Shown piece by piece: positions 57,553-64,000 of a stretch of DNA of 64,000 nucleotides (within the stretch, counting starts at the first letter, position 1; each line of letters begins with the position of its first letter). A model generated the notes under the pieces. It was given only the letters and a program-made list of their open reading frames with translations. It did no database searches and was not told the origin of the DNA. Both the position numbers and the translations under genes were made by a program. The stretch comes from an uncultured Actinomycetota bacterium (lineage in GTDB: Bacteria > Actinomycetota > Actinomycetes > Mycobacteriales > Pseudonocardiaceae). The stretch covers positions 25,677 to 89,676 of the forward strand of contig CAVQVV010000003.1 in the NCBI GenBank assembly GCA_963717245.1. Reading direction: 5' to 3'.

Positions 57553-58974
57553 CTAGTTTGGGCCGAGCTCGTCAGCTGACCGGAACGGCGCCGGAATGAT
57601 GTTGGCGTTGCGGTGGAAGACGTTCTTCGGATCGTAGATCGCTTTGATCTGGGCAAGTCGCTCATATTTGGCTGGTCCGTAGGAGGCCTGTACCCGGTCC
57701 GCCTCGGGCTCGCTCATGGCATTGACGTAACCGCCGCTGCTGCGGGCGTGCGGCAGCAGGGCCTGCCAGAAGGAGCGCACCCAGCGCCGCTCGGAGTCCC
57801 ACAGCTGCGGGCTGCCGGCCAGCCCGACCATGAAGATCACGTGCCCGCAGCGGCGGCCGCCCCACGCCGTATCGTCGTCAGAGACATCCTGGTAAGCGCC
57901 ATCCAGTGGGAAGATGCTGACGGACGACAGCGGCGAACTCTTGGCCGGCACCTGCTCAGTGATCACCGCGATCGCCGCGTCGGACATCTCATCAAGGTAG
58001 AGCGACTTCTCATAGCAGCTCTGTCCCCAGGCATGGGCCTCGTCGAGCATCCGCTGCAACTCAAGGTAGGGCATCGGGTTGGTGAACTCGAACAGCGGTG
58101 GCACCGACGCGCGGATGTGCGCCGCGACCCGGCGGTGCTCGTCGGTCGCGGCGAAGCCGGCGACCACCACCGCATAACCGGGCCGGAAGTGGTGGTGCTC
58201 GGGCACGAACGGCGCCGGCGCCGCAGTCATGGCGACGACCAGGACGGTGACGTCGCGGGACGCGGCCGCGGCCACCTCCGCCCACAGCCGCAGCACCTCG
58301 GCGCCCTGATCCAGGCCGAAGAAGAACAGGCCGAAGTCCACCGTCGGGCCGACCTCGTGGAGTCGGAACTCGAACTCGGTGACGACACCGAAATTGCCGC
58401 CGCCGCCGCGCAGCGCCCAGAACAGGTCGGGATTGTCCTGCGGCGATGCCCGAAGCACGCGGCCTTCGGCCGTCACGAGCTCAGCGGAGACGAGATTGTC
58501 GATGGCCAGGCCGTGCCGGTGGCCCAGCCAGCCCACGCCGCCGCCCAGAGTGAGACCCCCGACTCCGGTGTGGCTCACCGTCCCCGCAGTTGTCGCCAGG
58601 CCATGCGCCTGAGTCGCAACGTCCATGTCCCCGAGCAGGGCACCACCACCGACCCGCACCCGCCGGGCGGCCGGGTCCACTGACACCGCAGTAAGGCCGC
58701 CCAGGTGGATCATCATGCCGCCGTCGACGACCGCCGCCCCGGAGGGATTGTGGCCGCCACCGCGTACCGAGATCTCCAGGTGCTGCGTCCGTGCGTACTC
58801 GATCGCCGCGACGACATCGGCCGCCGACTCGCAGCGAGCGATCACCGCAGGGCGGCGGTCGATCCCGGCGTTCCATACGGCGCGCGCGGCGTCGTACCCA
58901 GGCGCAGCTGGATCGAGCACCCGACCCGTCAGGGTCGCCTGCAGACGGTCGAGTGCACTGGTCAGCTGTGTCAC
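57553..58974 (-). CDS. FAD-linked oxidase (PCMH-type FAD-binding, BBE-like C-terminus)
   Basis: GTG at 58974 preceded by GAGGGG. Contains RGGGHNPSG, GGVGWLG, and the C-terminal YVNAM...YERLAQIKAIYDPKNVFHRNANI. Confidence 0.85.
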   Translation of the reverse strand: MTQLTSALDRLQATLTGRVLDPAAPGYDAARAVWNAGIDRRPAVIARCESAADVVAAIEYARTQHLEISVRGGGHNPSGAAVVDGGMMIHLGGLTAVSVDPAARRVRVGGGALLGDMDVATQAHGLATTAGTVSHTGVGGLTLGGGVGWLGHRHGLAIDNLVSAELVTAEGRVLRASPQDNPDLFWALRGGGGNFGVVTEFEFRLHEVGPTVDFGLFFFGLDQGAEVLRLWAEVAAAASRDVTVLVVAMTAAPAPFVPEHHHFRPGYAVVVAGFAATDEHRRVAAHIRASVPPLFEFTNPMPYLELQRMLDEAHAWGQSCYEKSLYLDEMSDAAIAVITEQVPAKSSPLSSVSIFPLDGAYQDVSDDDTAWGGRRCGHVIFMVGLAGSPQLWDSERRWVRSFWQALLPHARSSGGYVNAMSEPEADRVQASYGPAKYERLAQIKAIYDPKNVFHRNANIIPAPFRSADELGPN

Positions 58975-59104
58975 CGGATTCCCCTCACCGCTGGGGCGCC
59001 TCGTTCGATCCCGCTTAGTCCCGGCTGACGCTACGCTCGGGCCCGAGCCGGTAGCGCACTCGAGATGATTTCCGGGCGAAGAAGCGGACAGCAACGGGGC
59101 GGAC

Positions 59105-59419
59105 ATGGATGACCTGAGTGAGTTCGTGCTCGCCCGACTCGCCGACGACGAGCGGCGGTTCGAGGCGGGCGAACTTCCCTTCCTCGACGAAGCCGAGCGC
59201 CGTGGCCGGCTGCGCATCATGCGCACCGACGATCACAGCGGATTGCTCCTGGTGGGGGGCCCGGTCCAGGCGCAGGAGGAACGTGTTCCGGTGCCGTTCC
59301 CCGAGAAGGTCGGGTTCCTCCGCAGCGAGGTGGAGAGCCAACACGATGTGACCAGCCTGGGGTTGCTCGCCTCGGTGTACGACGCACACCCCGAGTGGCG
59401 GAAGCAATGGCGAGCGTGA
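59105..59419 (+). CDS. DUF6221-like small protein
   Basis: N-terminal FVLARLADDER and C-terminal LLASVYDAHPEWRKQW match the typical actinobacterial DUF6221 ends. Confidence 0.55.
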   Translation: MDDLSEFVLARLADDERRFEAGELPFLDEAERRGRLRIMRTDDHSGLLLVGGPVQAQEERVPVPFPEKVGFLRSEVESQHDVTSLGLLASVYDAHPEWRKQWRA

Positions 59420-59431
59420 CGGGGACCCCGT

Positions 59432-60061
59432 TCAGAGCTGCACCGTTGTGGTGAGGCGCACGATCGAGGGGCGGCGTGGCGTCGAGCCAAAGCCGAACCG
59501 GACAGGCGGACAGACGTCGGCCATGGCGCCGAGGTCGGTCCGCTGCCAGCTGGCGGTGACCGATACCAGCGGATGGAGGTCCCAAGCCCCGTACCACTCC
59601 CTGCGCCCGGCGCCGGCGCTACCCCGGGTACGCACACCCGGGAAGACGGCTCGGGCTACCGGGTCTACGAGAGCCGCCCAGGCCGGCGCGGTGGCCACCG
59701 CGCGCGGCACGGCTCGCAGGAGCAGCCCTAGCCACCCCCTTCGTCCGACGATCAGGTTGGCTTGCAGCCGCCCGGCCGCCACCTCCAGCCGCCCAGGCCG
59801 GCGGATCACCTCGACCGGTGTGACGTCGACGGAATCGAAGCGGTAGGTGCTGGCGACGAACCGGGCGATCTCGTCGCTCGGAGCGATCAACAGTCTGGTG
59901 CCGTCGGGCGTCTCGATCATGACATCGTTGACCGGGCCGAAAGGCGACCTTAGCCATCGTCCGATGACGATGCGGTGCCCCGAGGCCGTCCCGAAGGCGG
60001 CGATCTCACCGTCGAAGCGCCAGCGCAAGGCGGTGACCGGTCGCACCGAACGAGGGACCAT
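59432..60061 (-). CDS. Hypothetical protein
   Basis: ATG at 60061 in ORF 59432..60145, which avoids overlap with the divergent gene. High GC3, no motif. Confidence 0.45.
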   Translation of the reverse strand: MVPRSVRPVTALRWRFDGEIAAFGTASGHRIVIGRWLRSPFGPVNDVMIETPDGTRLLIAPSDEIARFVASTYRFDSVDVTPVEVIRRPGRLEVAAGRLQANLIVGRRGWLGLLLRAVPRAVATAPAWAALVDPVARAVFPGVRTRGSAGAGRREWYGAWDLHPLVSVTASWQRTDLGAMADVCPPVRFGFGSTPRRPSIVRLTTTVQL

Positions 60062-60128
60062 CGGTCCGATGGTTCCAGGTCGGGGCCGCTGCTGGCGAGC
60101 CGTCCAATCAGTTGGGAAGGAGTGAGTT

Positions 60129-60641
60129 GTGCTCAGGACGATCAAGGTTGAAGACCAGGGCGCCGCGCTGACCTATTCGTTCGAGGACGTGATGCGCTAC
60201 AGCGGTCCCGGTTCTCCTGGCGGTGTGGCCCATGCCATGAAGGTGCTGGAACGGGCGCTACCGCTGCTATCGCCGGGTGACCTGCCGGAGCGACGCGAGA
60301 TCGAGGTGCAGACGGCCTTCGCCGGGCCGGGTGCCCGCGATGCGTTCGAGCTGGTGACCCGTGCGGTGACCGAGGGGCGCTATGTCGTTGACGACGCATT
60401 GGCTCGCCCCGAACGTGGTCCGACGCGCGAGCGCTTCGTCTTCCGGGTCGGCTACCGGGGCCGCAGCGTGACGGTGGTTCTTCGCGAGGGATATGTGAGC
60501 GAGGAGTTCATCGCGCTGGCGAGTACGGATCAACGGTCGGCGGAGCAGGAGGATCGCTTGACCGTGCTGAAGAGCGAGATGGCTGAGCTGTTGCTGGCAA
60601 CCGACGCGGCCGAGGTGTACGACGTGGAGGGCGAAATATGA
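60129..60641 (+). CDS. Hypothetical protein
   Basis: 170-aa ORF with a GTG start. No motif. Confidence 0.45.
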   Translation: MLRTIKVEDQGAALTYSFEDVMRYSGPGSPGGVAHAMKVLERALPLLSPGDLPERREIEVQTAFAGPGARDAFELVTRAVTEGRYVVDDALARPERGPTRERFVFRVGYRGRSVTVVLREGYVSEEFIALASTDQRSAEQEDRLTVLKSEMAELLLATDAAEVYDVEGEI

Positions 60642-60701
60642 GCATCTCGGGCCGCGGTGGTGTGAAGGCGGTCAATATCGGGTATCCAGGATCCCTATGA
60701 C

Positions 60702-61694
60702 TTGGGCATTGCCATGAGGGCTCCTCCGGATTCGGGCCTACCCACCAGCGACTTCGCGCACGTCGCAGTGTTCTATGGCTCCGACGAGCAGCTATGTGAT
60801 CTCTTGCTGCCCTACCTTCACGAGTGCTTGCGTCACCACGAGCACATCCTCGCCGTGGTCTCGCACAACTCTCAGCGGGTGCTTCGTGACGCCTTGGGCG
60901 ATGCCGCGGAGCGCGTGCAGTGGGGACACGCGGGTCTGTGCTACGAACGGCTGGGCCGCGCGTTCGACGGGTTTGCCAACTACCTTGCCCAGCAGTACTG
61001 CGCTGGTGTGCCTACTCGCGTGCTAGGGGAGTTCGACACGGACCGCAGCCCGGACCGGGTGCGCCAGTATCTGCGATACGAGTCGATGGCCAACGAGGTC
61101 TACGCACGCTACGGATACTCGGTGGTGTGCTTGTGGGACCAGCGTCACTACGGGCCGGATGTGCTGGCCGGGGTCCGTGCGGTGCATCCGCACGTACTCG
61201 GCACCAGCGGCCACGTCAACAACGCCGAGTACCGTATGCCCATCGACTACCTCACCCCCGACGAGATGGCGCCACCGGCTGCGCCGGTTGATCCCGACTT
61301 GGACGTGGACCTCGGCGCCGCCGACGATCTCGGGGTGCTCCGTCGGCGGCTGCGCAGTTGGGGTGCCGCCTGCGCTATGAGCGACCAGGACACCGACGAC
61401 ATCGTCATAGCGGTCGACGAGATCGCCACCAACGCCTTGGAGCACGGTCAGCCGCCCGCCCGCGTGCGGGGCTGGACCACACCTGCTGCCTTATTCATCC
61501 AGGTCGACGACGAGGGCCGAAGCAGTATTCCCGCGAACACGGGCTACTACCGGCCCTCCACCGATGCTCGGCGCGGCAGGGGTATCTGGATCGCGCGCCA
61601 CCTCGCCGACGTCCTGACCACGCACGCCGGCCCTGCCGGCACCACTGTGGCCATGCGGTTCACCAGGTCAGCGCCCGATTCGCGGGTCAGTTGA
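60702..61694 (+). CDS. MEDS-domain protein fused to an RsbW-like HATPase (anti-sigma-factor-type) domain
   Basis: FAHVAVFYGSDEQLCDLLLPYLHECL (MEDS N-terminus) plus C-terminal VDEIATNALEHG...GRGIWIARHLAD (HATPase N and G boxes). Confidence 0.7.
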   Translation: MGIAMRAPPDSGLPTSDFAHVAVFYGSDEQLCDLLLPYLHECLRHHEHILAVVSHNSQRVLRDALGDAAERVQWGHAGLCYERLGRAFDGFANYLAQQYCAGVPTRVLGEFDTDRSPDRVRQYLRYESMANEVYARYGYSVVCLWDQRHYGPDVLAGVRAVHPHVLGTSGHVNNAEYRMPIDYLTPDEMAPPAAPVDPDLDVDLGAADDLGVLRRRLRSWGAACAMSDQDTDDIVIAVDEIATNALEHGQPPARVRGWTTPAALFIQVDDEGRSSIPANTGYYRPSTDARRGRGIWIARHLADVLTTHAGPAGTTVAMRFTRSAPDSRVS

Positions 61695-62181
61695 CCTTGG
61701 TCCAGGCGCTGCACCAGCGGGTCTGGAACACGCCGTCGGCACCGTCGACCGTCACGGTGGCCGGCCCACGCCCGAGGTTATTGGCGATGATCGAGGTACC
61801 TGTGCTGGCGCTCTTCAGGCGCTCCCAGTAGCAGTCCAGGTGACCGGATGGCCCAGTGGTCCGGTAGGTACCCGGCGCGATGTCCGTGCCCACCACGAAC
61901 TTGCCTTCACCGAAGGAGGTCGGCAGCCCAGGTGGGAGGGCTACTGGAGCGGCCGGTGCGGCCAGCGTCTGCGCTTGGGTGTGCGCGGTGGCCATCGCGG
62001 CCGGATTTCCTCGGTTGACGATGACGCCGATGATGGCGAGGTTCGCGACGACCGCGGTGATGAACAGCAACACCACAACGGCGCTGATCCACTGCCGCCT
62101 CGTGGTGCGGGTTGCCGTCGGGCTAGCGCTGCTCGCCGGGGCGACGGGATCGATCTGGGGGAGTGTGGGAGCTACGGCCAT
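61687..62181 (-). CDS. Single-pass membrane protein with a small extracytoplasmic domain
   Basis: A TM helix AVVVLLFITAVVANLAIIGVIV, then a Pro/Ala linker and a Cys-pair domain (LDCYWERL...RWCSAW). Confidence 0.55.
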   Translation of the reverse strand: MAVAPTLPQIDPVAPASSASPTATRTTRRQWISAVVVLLFITAVVANLAIIGVIVNRGNPAAMATAHTQAQTLAAPAAPVALPPGLPTSFGEGKFVVGTDIAPGTYRTTGPSGHLDCYWERLKSASTGTSIIANNLGRGPATVTVDGADGVFQTRWCSAWTKVN

Positions 62182-62368
62182 GTCGCCTCTCTGCGGGAGC
62201 GGTGCGTCAGTTCGCCACTTACCGGAGAATCGGCGCCCGGGCGACGAGCGTTACAGAGAGGCGTCAACTGATCACGCTCTGCGAATGCCCTTATATTGGC
62301 GTTGACGCCGACAACCCCTTCAACTAGGGAGTACTGCCATCCGCATCTGGCCGTCCTCAGGTGCAACC

Positions 62369-63684
62369 GTGCACACGCTCAGCGGGCTGGACGCGCTGTA
62401 TCTCAGCCTGGAGATTTCCGAGCAGCCGATGCAGATCATCGCCCTCGGGCTGCTCCGCGCAGGCACCGGTGGCACCATCAGTCTTGCGGATCTGCGCCGG
62501 CACCTCGCTGCCCGGCTCGATCAGCTCCCGGCATTGCGGTGCCGAGTCGTTGCCGTCCCCCTCGGCTTGGCCCATCCCGTACTGGTCGAGGACCTCCGGT
62601 TCGACCTCGGAGATCACCTCTGCCATATGGTCCTCCCTGCGCCGGGTACGTCGGAGCAACTCGATACTGCTTGTGCCCGACTCGCCTCGCAGCCTTTGGA
62701 CCGGGGCCGCCCGCTGTGGCGGATCACCCTGATCATCGACGGCCTCTCCGACGGACGACAGGCAACGGTGCTGGAGGTCCACCACGCTCTGATGGACGGG
62801 TTCGCCATCCGCACTACTTTGGTGCGGATCTTCTCGGCGGAGGAGCCGGCAGCCGGGCCGGCCCCGTGGCAGCCCGGGCGAATGCCAGGCCCTCTGTCGC
62901 TGATCGCCGGAGGCGCCGCGCAGGGGGCCCGGGCGCTGGCTCGGCTGCCGGAACTGGTCGGTCGTACGAGGCGTACGTCCGTAGCGGTGCGCCAGCGGCG
63001 GGCCGCAGCGGCGGTGACGGCGCCGACAGCGGGTGTCGACACACCCCCGTCTGCCATCAACCGAGGATTCACGTCCGAACGCCGTTCGCCAGGGCCTCGC
63101 TGCCGCGGGGAGCGCTGCCTGACCGACCACTACTGGCGTTTGTCCCCGTCGATATAGAGGAACCAGGTGCCACTCCACGGGCCGACGGCAACCGTGTCTC
63201 CGGCTTGACCACATCGCTCGCCACCGACGTTGCCGATCCTTGGGCGCGCCTCCAGAGGATCAGCGCTGTCACCGCCGAGGCGAAGGCGTGTCTCGAACTC
63301 ACGGGCCGGGAACTGGCTGCGGACTGGCTCGAGTGCATACCGCCTATGCTGGCGGGCCCCCCAGTGCGGCGCGGTCAGGCTGCATGGCGCCGTCCTGGCG
63401 ATCGACGGGTCAAGCTCGATTCCAATGTCGTGGTCACTAACCTCCGGGGACTCTGTGCGCCATGGCAGCTCGGATCCACCGTCGTAGAGGTGTACCTGGC
63501 CGGACCGCCCAATGGTGGGGTCGACGTGACTTTCCCGCTCTGGGACTACGCGGGCCGCTTGCTCTTCGGGATCCTGTCGTTCGCTGATTCGGTCGAGGAC
63601 CCCGGAGAGTTGGCCGTAGGTTTGTCTCGTTCTCTCGAAGAGCTCGTCACGACCGCCGAGCGCCGCTGCATCTCGCCGAGCTGA
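62369..63684 (+). pseudogene. Wax ester synthase/diacylglycerol acyltransferase (WS/DGAT), frameshift plus internal deletion
   Basis: The N-terminal half carries the HHALMDG active site (ORF 62369..63157). The C-terminal half lies in another frame (…LLAFVPVDI…NVVVTNLRG…). About 45 residues that normally lie between them appear to be missing. Confidence 0.8.
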
Positions 63685-63748
63685 CGTTAACGCGTCCTTG
63701 GGATCGAGGGTCTTACGAATGCACAGTGGCCGGGAAAGTCGCCATCCA

Positions 63749-64000
63749 TTATTGCCACTGCGGTGAGGTCCGCAGCACGGCCAGCGCGAAGTCGGCCACC
63801 TCGTGCATGCCGGTGTCGTTCGGGTGGTCCGGGGCGGCAGCGCTGGTGGGGTGAGTCCCCTCCACCCACTTCGCCCCAGGAGCCTGGCAGGCGTCGTGGC
63901 CTAATGAGCTGGCGTAGGGGTCGACGAACACTGCACCGTGCTGACTCGCCTGCTCGGCCAACATGGCGGTGAGCTGCTGCTCCACTCCGTCCACGTAGGG
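63749..64000 (-). CDS. SGNH/GDSL hydrolase-like protein, C-terminal part (runs off the window)
   Basis: SLGHDACQAPGAKWVEG...DHPNDTGMHEVA contains the block V DxxH context (here DHPN, the standard form being DxxHP). Confidence 0.5.
   Translation of the reverse strand, partial: PYVDGVEQQLTAMLAEQASQHGAVFVDPYASSLGHDACQAPGAKWVEGTHPTSAAAPDHPNDTGMHEVADFALAVLRTSPQWQ

Overview
High-GC, actinobacterial-type chromosome segment. No tools were run: all calls rest on motifs and repeats read by eye, so family names are motif-level and identities are approximate.

- **1-5.0 kb, conserved core.** It holds der/engA, a DsbA-like oxidoreductase, and a GH15 hydrolase that reads through into a VKOR-like CxxC membrane module. 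It ends in tRNA-Pro(GGG) at 4943-5019.
- **5.0-55.9 kb, mosaic of integrative elements at that tRNA (about 51 kb).** The 43-nt 3' part of the tRNA recurs as a direct repeat at 4975, 23751, 46736 and 55815. Two 14-15 nt mini-copies sit at 36973 and 36991.
  - **Element A (5-23.7 kb).** It has a frameshifted integrase, RHH and Xis genes, an FtsK/TraB-type translocase and XRE regulators. An IS66-family element with an 8-bp target duplication, an IS1380 copy and a badly decayed IS110 are inserted in it. It also carries a low-GC two-gene cargo operon.
  - **Region B (23.8-37.0 kb).** This is a patchwork of orphan low-GC genes, att-like cores derived from tRNA-Val(CAC), tRNA-Pro(CGG) and tRNA-Pro(UGG), an aminotransferase plus EgtD-like methyltransferase cassette, and a second IS1380.
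  - **Element C (37.0-46.7 kb).** It carries a frameshifted integrase, a frameshifted MOBF-type relaxase-helicase of about 1460 codons, and GntR and XRE regulators. No T4SS or coupling protein is present.
  - **Element D (46.8-55.8 kb).** It holds integrase fragments, a STAS gene, an IS982-type element, a sugar transferase, a CHAT fragment, a Prim-Pol-like gene and a DivIVA-domain gene.
- **55.9-64 kb, ordinary metabolic and regulatory genes.** Two of these (an O-methyltransferase and a WS/DGAT) are also disrupted.

The features I would look at first:
- the multi-tRNA collection of att sites;
- a duplicated 0.5-kb hairpin-rich module that replaces integrase 3' ends;
- a recurring TGTAGCA tandem motif that closes short cargo segments;
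- a duplicated 128-nt rod-like hairpin upstream of the integrase;
- two low-GC orphan gene clusters with no recognisable family.

No rRNA and no CRISPR array were seen.
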